The notes: generated by a model from the sequence alone, not told the origin. A stretch of DNA of 64,000 nucleotides from Octopus sinensis (GCF_006345805.1 NW_021832270.1:9910-73909); one strand, 5' to 3'; shown: positions 26,651 through 39,619, counted from the first letter of the stretch. Program-made: numbers and translations.

Positions 26651-26937
26651 AACCAAACAGCAGAATATAGTGACCCATATTTAAGGCAGCATTTGAACAT
26701 GTTTGATATGTGAGATCCTGACAGACTTTTGGGACGCCTGGCTCTCTCAACCAAACAGCGTTGTATTTGGTGTCCCGTATGTAAAGCCGGATTTCAACAT
26801 GTTGAGTATCTGAAATCCAGACTGACTTATGAGACACATTGCTTCTCTCAGCCAAGCAAAAGTATCTGGTGACCCGTATGAAATTCAGCATTTGAGCATG
26901 TTTAATATCTAAAATTCTGACAGACTTATGAGACACT
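26651..26937. repeat. Three diverged ~99-bp tandem units
   Basis: Recurring AACCAAACAG, GACCC(A/G)TAT, (A/G)CATGTT and GAC(A/T)GACTT(A/T)TG(A/G)GAC motifs at 98-101 bp spacing. Confidence 0.65.
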
Positions 26938-27613
26938 ATGTATGTGTGTATCTGTCTGTGTGTGTGTGTGTGCATGTGTGTGCGTGCACATGTGCATTTG
27001 GAATGTATCTGTTACTTGTATGTGTACATGGGATTATATATATGTGTGTGAATTTCTGTGCATATGATTGTGTCAGTATTTCTCTATATGTATGTGTATT
27101 CATGTTATATACGTATGTGCTTGTCTGTGTGTGTGTGTGTTCATGTGCACATGTATATATATGTGTGCCTGTATCTATATATTTGTGCATATAAGTATGT
27201 ACATGTGATCATTTATGTGTGTGCATGTGTGTTTGTACAGGTATGTAAATGTACGTGTGGGTTGCATATGTTTGCATTTCTATTGTTACTGCAATTCCAT
27301 ACACATTTGTGAATATATGTGCATTTGTGTCTGTGCAAATTCGCTGATTTTTATATATATATATGCATGTCTCAAGTGAATACACAACTTTGTATTTTGA
27401 GTTGTGTGTTTGTGAAAATTTTGCAGCTTTAATAAAAGCACATTACTCTACCTTTGGTAGTCAAGTACTATTTTTTTTTCCACCCTGTTTTGCATTTATG
27501 TGCTTCCTTATGTGTGAGTATGTACAAATTGTGATACAGCTATTGTTCACAGCAGGACATGCGCAACCTGTGGGAAGGTGTGCCTTTCGTTTAGAGGATT
27601 GAAAACGCATGTC

Positions 27614-27830
27614 AAGTATGGACTTGACAGAGCAAAAAATTGGTACGACCACAAACCTGAAGGCATTGTCGAAAATAGAAATGCAAAGATCCTAAGGGAT
27701 TTTATGATCTAGTGCGACCATGAGATTGAGAATAGGAAGCTAGATATAGTCTTAATTGAGAAAGAAAACAAACTATGCTGGATCATAGACATAGCATGCT
27801 CAGATGACAAGGTATGTGATAAGGAAGAAA
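27614..27830 (+). mobile_element. R4/Dong-like LINE endonuclease fragment
   Basis: KNWYDHKPEGIVENRNAKILRDFMI*CDHEIENRKLDIVLIEKENKLCWIIDIACSDDKVCDKEE, with one in-frame stop. Confidence 0.8.
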
Positions 27831-28014
27831 GACTTCATACTGTGCTACCTGTTCCCTCTGCCAGCCAGCACAGCTGTGCATTATGCAATGAAATGTGCAA
27901 AACTTTGACTAGGGCTCTAGAGTCATACAGGGGCCTCACATTGCATCATCAATGACTCATTTCACTGACTCTTTCTAGCAATGGCTATGCTCAGTTATGA
28001 GAAAGCAGTTATTG

Positions 28015-28050
<36 letters not shown>

Positions 28051-28130
28051 CACACACAACGCATACACACGCGTGTGTGTGCATGCACTGGGATGTGGAA
28101 ATACTTAGGTTGGTGTCTGATGTTGCTATA

Positions 28131-28295
28131 GGTGCAGGAGTGGCTGTATGGTAAGTAGCTTGCTTACCAACCACATGATTCCGGGTTCAGTCCCACTGCG
28201 TGGCATCTTGGGCAAGTGTCTTCTACTATAGCCTCGGGCTGACCAAAGCCTTGTGAGTGGATTTGGTAGACGGAAACTGAAAGAAGCCTGTCGTA

Positions 28296-28329
<34 letters not shown>

Positions 28330-28547
28330 TATGTGTGTGTGTGCCTGTGTTTGTCCCCCTAGCATCGCTTGACAACCGATGCTGGTGTGTTTATGTCCTC
28401 CGTAACTTAGCAGTTTGGCAAAAGAGACCGATAGAATAAGTACTAGGCTTACAAAGAATAAGTCCTGGGGTCGATTTGCTCGACTAAAGGCGGGGCTCCA
28501 GCATGGCCACAGTCAAATGACTGAAACAAGTAAAAGAGTAAAGAGTA
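28131..28547 (+). mobile_element. SINE family A, complete
   Basis: tRNA-like head, CTTGGGCAAGT segment, internal (TA)n and (AAAGAGT)n tail. Confidence 0.85.
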
Positions 28548-29555
28548 AATCCCATTCGGAGTGAGGGACTCCAGGTCTTTGTCAAGGCATCCCTCTGAGA
28601 GAAGGCTAGGGTAAAGACCCCCTTCGGTCATGAATGACCATGGGATTGCACCTTGAAAGTTCCCCTCTGAGGTACAAGTCCAGGCAAGGTTGTTTATGGA
28701 AGACCAGCAGTCACCCATACATACCAGCCTCTCCTCTCTGTACTACTTATGTTATCCAAAGGAAGGTCAAAGGCTGATACAGTTTGACACGTTTGACATC
28801 GCAACCCATTTCTTCACAGCTGAGTGAACTGGAACAATATGAAATAATGTGTCTTGGTATATAAAACCTGCTGCTCTACCGAGCGAGATATCTTGCACTT
28901 TGCTTGTCTCTGCACTTCTTGCTATTGCTTGAGTTAGACTCATTGCACTCTTGTGACAGCTGCACTCAACTTAAAACACTTGTATGCACGTTGCTGACAC
29001 TTTGTCGGCAATGGTGATGCCCATCAAATCAGTGGACAGCCATTCTGTGTGTGTGTGTGAGAGGCTATGGCTGCTATGTTTGTGCTTGTATGTGTGTGTC
29101 TGTGTGTTTGAATATGTATGTTTGTGCAGGTATGAGCATGTGTGTTTCTAAATATGTTTGTCTTTGTCTGTGTATGCATCTGTGATTGTGGCTGCAATTA
29201 TGCTTGAATGTGTTGTGTGTGTATGTATGTGTGTGTGTGTGTGTGCAAGAGAGAGAGAAGGAAAGAGAGAGAGAGAATGTGTGTCTGTGTGTGTGTTTGA
29301 ATGTCTAGGATTGCATGTGTGGGTATGTATATGTTGTAGAGTATGTATGTCTTTGGATGTGTATATATGCATTTGTGGCTGTTTCTACAAGCGCACTTGC
29401 ATGTGTCTATGTATGTATGTATGTATGTATGTATATGTGTGTGTGTGTGTGCATGTGTGTGTGTGCATATGAATGCTGTAGAATGTGCATTCATGTGGAT
29501 ACGTGTGCATGCTTGTGGGTTTCCTGCTTATTTATGCCAATGCATGTATGAATAT

Positions 29556-29631
<76 letters not shown>

Positions 29632-29815
29632 TACACACACATATGTATGTATGTATTTATGTATGCAGACACTTGTGGTTGCGTGCATTTTTATGCTTAC
29701 ATATGTCTCCTGCACCTGTGTCAATATCTCTGTATGTATGTACATATTTTATATATGTGTGCATATATATATATATATACATACACACAGACACACACAA
29801 ATATATGTGTGTGTG

Positions 29816-29888
<73 letters not shown>

Positions 29889-30597
29889 TGTACACCTGTA
29901 TATGTGTATTATTTTGTTTTCTGTTGAGTTACAAACTGATTGTCTTGAATTTCATTTTTTCTTTTTTTTTTTTAAATGTCTCCCCCCCCACTGCCATTCC
30001 CCCTACTTCCCCCCGAACTCTACCACATCACCTGACTGTAACCAATTCACAACTGACTGGCCCCGGCGCTGTTCATTTCCAACTGAATTACGGGGAGTAA
30101 TACAACTGTTGCCCGCTGGGTTTCGTTTCCTTCACACTTCACTGGCCCCTTATGCACTTGAAGCACATCCAATTAACTCGGAAAAAACTTCTTTTCTGTT
30201 TGCCGACCCGATCCTTCTTCTTCTTCTCCATCCCCCCACCGGCCCCCCCGTCTCCACTGCTCCCCTACCCTACCATCGCCACATCGTCTCTATTTCAATA
30301 TAGATGAATGCCTAACAAAAAAAAAACAAAAAAAAAACAAACAACAACAGACAAAAAGAAACGAAAAGGAAATAAAAAAAATATTACGTTTTTGCATCCG
30401 TTTCTTTTTTAAACTTTTTAACTGGAGTTCGTACGAGTTGACTTGATGTTTTATGTTTCAATTTTTAGTTTTACAGTCTGCGAGAAATTCCAGAATGGTT
30501 TGTTTCTTTCAGTTGTGTTTTCATTTTTCTTCTCCCTCCTCTGTTTTTTTTTACTAGCTGGTTACGATCTTTCCTAAAAACAATCAACTCATTATTA

Positions 30598-30639
<42 letters not shown>

Positions 30640-30647
<8 letters not shown>

Positions 30648-31040
30648 TATGGGTTTTTCTTCTTCTTTCAAATTTGCTTCCATTTCTTGCCGAGTGTCTT
30701 CCCGACTCCTAGGGCAAAGAAACTCATAGTATACATTGGTAGGCCATTAAACCAAACTCAATAGTTCGTTCATTTTTTTTTTTTTTTTTTTAAGTTAAAT
30801 TAAAATACATGAGCAGCAACAGTTCTCACATCGACAATGCTCTTCTCAATACGTGTGATGTACCAGTTAAGACAATCTTTTGCACTTCTTGCAGGGATGG
30901 TAAGCCAAGGATCATCCTCATATAATTTTCGGTTCCCTTCTTGATCATTCCTAGTGCTCCTACGATCACTGGTATTGTAATCGCCTTGAGATGCCACATT
31001 TTCTCAATTTCAATGAGTAGGTCTTTATATTTTCTTATAT
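30640..31040 (-). mobile_element. R4/Dong-like LINE 3' end, second subfamily
   Basis: IRKYKDLLIEIEKMWHLKAITIPVIVGALGMIKKG...QKIVLTGTSHVLRRALSM*, then a 3' UTR running into (AAT)n. Confidence 0.8.
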
Positions 31041-31057
31041 TATTGTTATTATTATTA

Positions 31058-31084
<27 letters not shown>

Positions 31085-31089
<5 letters not shown>

Positions 31090-31470
31090 TATGGGTTTTT
31101 CTTCTTTCAAATTTGCTTCCATTTCTTGCCGAGTGTCTTCCCGACTCCTAGGGCAAAGAAACTCATAGTATACATTGGTAGGCCATTAAACTAAACTCAC
31201 TAGTTCGTCCAGATTTTTTTTTTCTTGATAGAAATAAAGTTAAATTAAAATACATGGGTAGTAATAGTTCTCACATCGACAATGCTCTTCCGTTTCCGAT
31301 TTTAAATCACTTTTAGTCATCCATAGCCATCTTTTTTCTCTGTCTGTCTTATCTTCAACATCCCTATGAAATTGTCCAAGCATTCTTTTCTTTACCCACC
31401 TATTTTCAGGTTCATTTGTTTTCAATTGCCTATATAGTGCTTTATCTTTGCAATCTTTCATCCTACACAA
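31085..31470 (-). mobile_element. Internally deleted R4/Dong-like copy
   Basis: RWVKKRMLGQFHRDVEDKTDREKRWLWMTKSDLKSETE is fused directly to the terminal segment and the same 3' UTR as 30640-30845. Confidence 0.7.
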
Positions 31471-31951
31471 GCCTGACCTTCTTACTTCTAATAATAGCGG
31501 TTCTGTGGCAACTTTTTAAACCCAGTTGGCAGTTTATTGAGTGAGATTTGTCTGATACAATGCAGGGAACAGAATTTAGACTGGGACTCGGTCGGTTATG
31601 ACTACAAGTGTTCCACTTGATTCGATCAATGCAACAGCCTCCTTGTGAAATGGACGTGCAAGTGACTGAGCACTCCACAGACACACGTAACCATAACGTA
31701 GTTCTCAGGGAGATTCATCGAGACACAGAATGCAACAAGGCTGGTCCTTTGAATTATACCTACGACCCATATTTACCAGCTGACTGGACTGGAGCAACAT
31801 GAAATAAAATGTGCTGCTCAAGGACAGAATGCACGGCCAGGAATTGAACTCACGTCCTTACGATCCTCAGCCGAATACCCTAACCGCTAAGCCACGTGCC
31901 TTTACAATAGAATTTGGTAACTGTATTGAAACTCTCCTACTTGAGTGTGCA

Positions 31952-31983
<32 letters not shown>

Positions 31984-32265
31984 GTTTGTTGTATGCCATG
32001 TGTGCTTGGTGCATGTAGTGTTGTATTTACTCATGTCATTGTATGCGTGTGTATATGTTTAGTGTTGTGTGGAGTAAGTGTCGTGTATGCAGTGTGTGTG
32101 TGTGTGTTATTGTGTAGCTGTGATGAATGTATTGGTGTTGTGTTTGTGTGTTGTGCTGTATGTGTGTATTATGTAGTTTGTATGGTACATGCATTGTGTG
32201 TGCATTCTGTGATGTATGTGTATGTTGGTGTATGATGTGTACTTTGTGTGTGTGTGTGAGTGTAC

Positions 32266-32295
<30 letters not shown>

Positions 32296-32308
<13 letters not shown>

Positions 32309-32853
32309 TAAATGTGTGTGTATACCTATATATATATATATGTGTATATATGTATATATATATGTATGTGCATATATATATGTGTGTGTAAATATATGTC
32401 TATTTGTATGTATGTGTGTGCTTATATATATATGCGTGTGTGTGTGTAATGTGGTGTGGATGTGGTGTGTGTTTATAGAATCAAAACTAAAAAATTTGTA
32501 AAGATATTCAAGCAAGTTAATTGGTGTCCAGCTGTGAGTGGGTATGCTTGTGTGTAATATAAACGTGTGTGTATATATATATTATATATATATGTACATA
32601 AATGTGTGTGTATACCTATATATATATATATGTGTATATATGTATATATATATGTATGTGCATATATATATGTGTGTGTAAATATATGTCTATTTGTATG
32701 TATGTGTGTGCTTATATATATATGCGTGTGTGTGTGTAATGTGGTGTGGATGTGGTGTGTGTTTATAGAATCAAAACTAAAAAATTGTAAAGATATTCAA
32801 GCAAGTTAATTGGTGTCCAGCTGTGAGTGGGTATGCTTGTGTGTATATATAAA

Positions 32854-32870
<17 letters not shown>
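32296..32870. repeat. ~290-bp tandem duplication bounded by (TA)n
   Basis: Offset 290 (GTACATAAATG at 32304 and 32594). Confidence 0.9.
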
Positions 32871-32887
<17 letters not shown>

Positions 32888-32955
32888 GTGTGTGTGTATA
32901 TATATATATGTGTGTGCATGTGTGTATATATATATATGTATATATATATTTAGCG

Positions 32956-33025
<70 letters not shown>

Positions 33026-33569
33026 ATGTAATGTGTGTGTGTTTGTGTATAAAAGAGATTAGGTTGTTTGTTGTTGGATGGGTTGTTAAAATGGTTAACG
33101 AGGAAGCCCTGGGCATTTTATAAAAATATTTAAATTAATTTTCTATTGTAGTTAAGTTTGAATGTGTTTCATAATGATAATAGCTGTTGTTGTTGGTGTT
33201 GTTATTGGAAGTGGTGGTCATGGTGGGTTGTGGTCGAGATTTTGTTTTAAATTAATTTTTTTTTTTATTCCCCCCTCCCTCTTTTTTCTTATTTTGCTTT
33301 CAAATTAAAAAAAAAAGAAAAGTTTGCTTTTTGTTTTTCTTTTCTTCTTTCAGTATTTAAAAATTTACAAAAAGAAACAATGTTATAAATAGTCTCTCCT
33401 CCCCCCTGACTGATTACCACTACCCCCCCCGCTCTGACTCCTTTCAAAGTTTCCTTATCTCACAGGGGGTGGGGATAAGGATGGGCGGGTGGGGGAACGG
33501 AAGCTGTCATAAACGGCCTTGTTATGATTTTCTATTCAGGTTCTGTTAAAGAAACAAAGTGTGCAATGT

Positions 33570-34050
33570 TTTTGGTGGTGGTAGTGGTGGTGGCGGTGGT
33601 AGCGAGGGCTATGATGATTGTGATGATGATGATGATGATGATGATGATTGTGATGAAGATCATGATAATGATTCTGGCAATGAAGATGGTGATTACAGTG
33701 GTCATAATAATGGTGGTGGAGTTTTGTGGTGGTGGTCATGGTGATGTTTAGTGGTGGTGGTGGTGTGATTTTGATGATGATAATGATTCTAGTGGTGTTG
33801 GTGGTGCTGATGGTGGCAATCGTGGTGATAATGATTGTGGCGGTGGTGGTGGTGATGACAATAGTGGTGATAATAATGATGGTGGTGGTGGTTACGGTTT
33901 TTGATGATGATTGTAGTGGTAGTGGTGGTGGTATTGGTGATGATGGTTGTAGCAATGATGGTGGTGGTGGTGATGCAGTAATCATAATAATGGTGATGAT
34001 AATGATGCTGATTGTAATGGTAGTGGTAATGATGATGATGATGATGATAG
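33570..34050. repeat. Compound (GTG)/(GAT) microsatellite
   Basis: Direct inspection. Confidence 0.9.
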
Positions 34051-34194
34051 TATTGCTATGTAACTATGGCCATGCAAGTGTTTTTCTAAAGGGCCCCCCC
34101 CTCCCCCGCGCATACCAAAGACAATTGCCTTAAACCCTAGGAAATAAAGAAAAGGCATTTTCTTAGTTATTATGTGAATCTAGCAACAATGCTC

Positions 34195-34228
<34 letters not shown>

Positions 34229-34405
34229 CCAATATTTCAAAAGAAAATATCTGCCTCTATTGTTTGCTTAGAATTTACCCATGAAAAAGAACAGGAAAGA
34301 AAGAAGCCAGGCAAAGAGAGAGAGAGAGAGAGAGAGAGGGAGGAAGAGGAGCATAAAGGGAGAAATGAAAAGCCCCACAATAATAGATTTGTGTGTGTGT
34401 ATGTG

Positions 34406-34461
<56 letters not shown>

Positions 34462-34465
<4 letters not shown>

Positions 34466-34758
34466 GTGAAAAAACAAGTCAGGATGGAAAACGCCAAAAT
34501 AATTTTATAAAGAACATTTCAGTACCGGTTTCAGTCATTGAGACTTTTTCAACTGTAACAATTAAATAATTAAATTTTGGAAAAATTAAAAGAAAAGTTT
34601 TTTTAAAAGAATATTTGTATAGTGTTCAAATATAAGTGGCATTTTCCTTGTTTCTGCCTGTCTCTGTCTCTCTTGTTTACTCTTGTGGGTTCGAGGTCGA
34701 ATGTTCTTTATAAAATTATTTTAGCATTTTCTATCCTGACTTGTTTTTTCATACATAT
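34462..34758. mobile_element. Foldback element with ~58-bp arms, in (TA)n
   Basis: ATATGTGAAAAAACAAGTCAGGAT...GAACATT mirrored at 34700-34758. Confidence 0.7.
34520..34555 (-). ncRNA. Minimal type I hammerhead ribozyme motif, U3-A8 variant
   Basis: CAG-TTGAAAA-AGTC TCAAT GACT-GAAA-CCGGT-A-CTG. Confidence 0.6.
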
Positions 34759-36505
34759 CAACTCGTGTGTTCCTTTTCATCCTTATATATATATATATAT
34801 ATATATAAATCGAAATCGATCAACATCAATGGAAATTGTAGCTGTGATACCATGCCAGGGGCACGTAAGAGAGCCAGCTGAACGTGGCCATTGCCAGCAC
34901 TGCCCCGACTGGCCTCTGTGCCAGTGGCACATAAAAAGCACCATGCGATTGTGGCCATTGCCAGCCTCGCGTGACCCCCGTGCCAGTGGCACGTAAAAAG
35001 CACCATCCAATCGACTGGCACCTCTGCCGGTGGCACGTAAACAACACTCACTACACTCTCAGAGTGTATATATATATATATATATTTACCATGTGAACTA
35101 TGATGAAAAAATATGAGAAAGACATGGTATATAATTTTTTTTGTGCTGGGGTTCCTCAAGACATGTAATTTATTTTAAGGGTTACACAAGGGTAAAAAGG
35201 TTGAGAAACACTGGGTTAGAGTGCTGGACTCATGATTGTAAGATTGTGGTTTCGATTCCTGGACTGGGTGACATGTTGTTGTTCTTGAGCAAGACACTTC
35301 ATTTCATGTTCCTCCTTCCCGTTCAGCTGGCAAAAATGATTAATCCTGTGATGGACCAGTGTCCTGTTCAGGAAACCAGCCCTTATTAGTCAGCCTTATG
35401 ACTCAAGAAGGACAATTTTATTGTAGAGACATGTAGCTTAGTGGTTAGGGGTGTTGAACTCATGATTGTAAGATTATGGTTTCGACTCCTGGGCCGGGCG
35501 ATATGTTGTATTCTTGAGCAAAACACGTCATTTCATGTTGCTCCAGTCCACTTAGTGGGCAAAAACAATTAATCTTACGACTGACCAGTCTCCTATTCAG
35601 GTAGGGAATTTATTCACCGGGGAAACCAGGAATCCTTTTTTACTTTTACTCAGTTACCATGCCTGGAATTCTTTTGGTCTTCTCTTCAGGACTGGATCAG
35701 AGATCAGTGACAACAATAATATCTTTTTTTTTTACCTGTTTCCTTCATTAAACTGCAGCCAAGCTGGAGCACCAGCTTGAATGGTTTTAAATGAAGATAT
35801 CAGCCCCAGTACATATTTTTTTTCTATTTTTAAAGTCTGTTACTTATTCTATTAGTTGCTTTTGTCAAACTGCTAAGTTACAGGGATGTAAATAAAGCAA
35901 CAGTGACAGTGGTGGTGGTGAGGCAGACACAAACACACACACACATGTCAGGCTTCTGCACAGTTTTTGTCTACAAAATTGGCTTCAGTCATTGGTTGGA
36001 CCAGGGCTGTGGTAGACAACACCTGCTCAAAGTGCCACACAGCGGGACTGAACCCAGAACCTCTTGGTTGCAAAGCAAGCTTCTTAACAACACAGCCTTG
36101 CCGACTCATATTTATTCTTTTATGTTTTTATTCTTTCATTCTTTTACTTGTTTCAGTCATTTGGTTGTGGCCATACTGGAGGTATGATTGAAAAAAAGGT
36201 TTTGATTAAAAAATTGAACTCAGGACTTATTCTTTGCAAGCCTAGTACTTACTCTATTGGTCTCTTTTGCCAAACTGTTAAGTTATGGGGATGTAAACAC
36301 ACCAAAACCAGGTGTCAAATGATGGCGGGGGACAGACAGACAGACACACACACACACATAAATACAAGCATACATACATGCATCATATATATATATATAT
36401 ATTGATAGATAGATAAAGGGTGAAATATAATTAATTTCATAAAATCAACAAATTTCACCAAGTAGTATTTCAGTATGGAAAAGGACCATATTCAGTAAAG
36501 GTTTA

Positions 36506-36590
36506 TATAATTATAACAATAAGGGTCTTTGCAACATTTCGGTATGTGGTCAAGCAACTTGTTTCAAAGACCCTTATTGTTATAATTATA
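36506..36590. repeat. Hairpin with perfect 25-bp arms, short relative of 46101-46333
   Basis: TATAATTATAACAATAAGGGTCTTT and its reverse complement at 36566-36590; shares GGTATGTGGT.AAGCAACTT. Confidence 0.75.
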
Positions 36591-36622
36591 TATATATATA
36601 TGATGGGCTTCTTTCAGTTTCT

Positions 36623-36817
36623 TATTTCTTTATTGCCCACAAGGGGCTAAACATAGAGGGTACAAACAAGGACAAAGGGATTAAGTCGATTAGATTGACC
36701 CCAAAATGATGAAAGGCAAAGTCAATCTCGGCGGAATTTGAACCCAGAACGTAGCGGCAGACGAAATACTGCTAAGCATTTTGCCCACTGTGCTAAAGTT
36801 TCTGCCAGCTCGCCACC
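36623..36817 (-). mobile_element. SINE family B nested in family A
   Basis: 14-bp duplication TTCTTTCAGTTTCT at 36609-36622 and 36818-36831. Confidence 0.8.
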
Positions 36818-37609
36818 TTCTTTCAGTTTCTATTTATCAAATCCACTCAGAAGGCTTCGGTTGGCCTGAGGCTACAGTAGAAGACATTTGACCAAGGTGC
36901 CACTCACTGAGACTGAACCCAGAACCATGTGGTTGGGAAGCAAGCTTCTTACCACGCAACCGTGGCTGGTTTTTTTTTATATTTCGTTTCTTAGTTTGTT
37001 TTTCTTTCTTTGCACGGCAACAATTTATATAATTTCTTCTTTCTTAATTATACCTGCACACACAGACACACACACGGACACACGGACACACACAACAAAA
37101 GAAGCTTGTCTTCGATGTTTGCTCCGATGTTTTTCCAGTATTCAGCTTCAACATTTATTACATTTCAGTCTTTTGTTTCGTTAACCTGTCCCTCTTGCCC
37201 CTTCCGTTCCCCACTCCACACCCACCTCAGCTCCGAGATCAACTCTTCCCCCCATGCCCCACCTTTCTGCCCTCTACACCTCTGCCTTGCTCTCCCTCTC
37301 TCCCCCCCTCTTTCTCTAGCGCCATGTAAGGAGATTATTAATTCTTGCCTGCCTGTCTGTTTGTCTGTCTGTCTGTCTGTGTGTCAGTTTCTGTGTAAGG
37401 TGTCAGTTTTCGAGTGCTTATCTTAGATAGATGGCACTTAATTACCATGTCTTTTGTTAATCTCTCTTAATACTCCAAATGACTCTCCCACCCTAACCTC
37501 CACGCCCACCATCCACATCATGCCCCGTTTCCCTCTCCCATCACCTCTGTCACCACCACCACCACCACATTCTCTCCTTGCCATCATTGATCGATCAGTT
37601 ATTTTGTAT

Positions 37610-37619
37610 CATCATCATC

Positions 37620-37665
<46 letters not shown>

Positions 37666-37761
37666 TTATTATTTTTATTATTGTTATTATTATTATTATT
37701 ATCATTATTATTATTATTATCGTTATTATTATTATTATTATCGTTATTATTATTATTATTA

Positions 37762-37793
<32 letters not shown>

Positions 37794-38078
37794 TTTATTA
37801 TTGTTATTATTATTATTATTATTATCATTATTATTATTATTATCGTTATTATTATTATTATTATTATTGTTATTATTATTATTATTATCATTATTATTAT
37901 TATTATCGTTGTTATTATTATTATTATTATCATTATTATTATTATTATTATTATCATTATTATTATTATTGTTATTATTATTATCATTATTATTTTTATT
38001 ATTATTATTATTATTATTATCATTATTATTATTATTATTATTATTATTAATATTATTATTATTATTATTATTATTATT
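37610..38078. repeat. (ATT)n microsatellite of about 465 bp
   Basis: Direct inspection. Confidence 0.95.
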
Positions 38079-38918
38079 TTGATCTGAAACCAAGTATAAA
38101 TAAACATGAAAAATGTCTGGTCTCTTGGTTTATTTTTGTGTATTCATAATTTTGGTGTTGGGAATTATTGTGGTCTTTTTGTTTCCGTTTTTTTTCCTTA
38201 GTCTTCCACAATTTTGTTTTTCTTCTATGATTATCATTACCATTATTATCATTATTATTATTATTGTTATCATTATTATTATTTAAAGAAATCAGTGAAG
38301 GGGATGTTCAGAATGTAGTATTGAGTTAGGATGTTTTACAGAGTTGTTGAAATAAAGAACCAGACGAGTGCAAGGTCGAGGTAATTGACTGCCCTTTTAT
38401 GTCAGATATCGTTATGATTATAAAAAGGAAATGAAAATATCATCATCATCATCATCATTATTATTATTAAGGCTGCAAGCTGGCAGAATCGTTAGCATGC
38501 CGGGTGAAATGCTTAGTGGCATTTCATCTGTCTTTAATGTTCCGAGTTCAAATGCCACCGTGGTCGACTTTCATCCTTTTGGCGAGGTCGATAAATTAAG
38601 TACCAGTAAAACACTGGGGTCGGTGTAATTGACTGGTCCCCTCCCTACAAAATTTCATGCCTTGTGCCTATAGTAGAAAGGATAATTATTATTATCATTA
38701 TTATTTCCTTCTTTCTTCAAATTTTCTTCCGTTTCTTGCTGAGTGTTTTCCATATACCTAGGGCAGAGAAGGGCATTATATGCATTCCCAGATTACATGC
38801 GCAAATTCACAGATAAAATATGTATTCAAAAATTAATAAAGAAATAAATTCATGGATGGATGTTATTTTCACAGTGATAGTGCTCTTCGCAGTACATGAG
38901 CCGTTCCAGTTAATACGA

Positions 38919-38953
<35 letters not shown>

Positions 38954-39356
38954 GTATGCCAACAATTCTGCTGGCACACTTAGCAGCATTTTCTCCATCT
39001 AAACGTTCTGAGTTCAAATTTATCATCAGCCTTTCTTGGATTAATTCAGCAATAAATGAGGCATTCACTTTTCTGATTTACCTCAAGCAAGGAGGCACTT
39101 GTTTTTGTACCACGTTTTTGCCATGCAAACTTTTATATTTTTAACTTAGGTATATCCATGCCTATCACCTTCCTCTTGATTAATACTGAAATGAGTTATC
39201 ATTATTGGTGTTTGTATTTTTATCATTGTCATTCAAATTTATATTTTTGGCTCTTATTTTTATTTTGTCCTTAGATTTGTGACTGTTTATAATTGTGCCT
39301 GTCCAAATGTAAATATTCTATACAATATATCTTCCCTCTTTTCCCATTCCACTTTA

Positions 39357-39619
39357 CCCTTTAACATTCAGATTACTCTGCCAAATGTAATATTTGTTTA
39401 TTCACCTTGTTTCGAATTAATTACACATTATTTGATAGCTTTGACTTTTCAATGATATGATTGTTTATTTTTAGAATGATATTCTAGGGTAGGTGAGAGA
39501 GGCTGGATCTGGCAGGTTTCAACATAGAAAAGGTAGAATACTTGGGCCTGATATGGCTAGTTTAAACATACAGAGGTAAAATATTTGGATCAGATATGGT
39601 CAGTTTGAGTGCTAAAGGT
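39357..39619. mobile_element. Degenerate piggyBac-type MITE
   Basis: Imperfect TIRs CCCTTTAACATTC / GAGTGCTAAAGGT with TTTA left and TTAA right. Confidence 0.5.

Noticed and set aside
26651-26937. Homology to the 100-bp array at 16.8-18.6 kb
   Set aside because: Shared short words occur in a different order; no collinear alignment
30150-30232. Minus-strand peptide ...RVNWMCFKCIRGQ* resembling a RanBP2 finger
   Set aside because: Stops before the second Cys pair; no splice support
37454-38107. Long poly-Y/I/L/N ORFs, and similar ones at 6035, 22557, 33536, 41743, 53602 and 54548
   Set aside because: Translations of microsatellites that lack stops by construction
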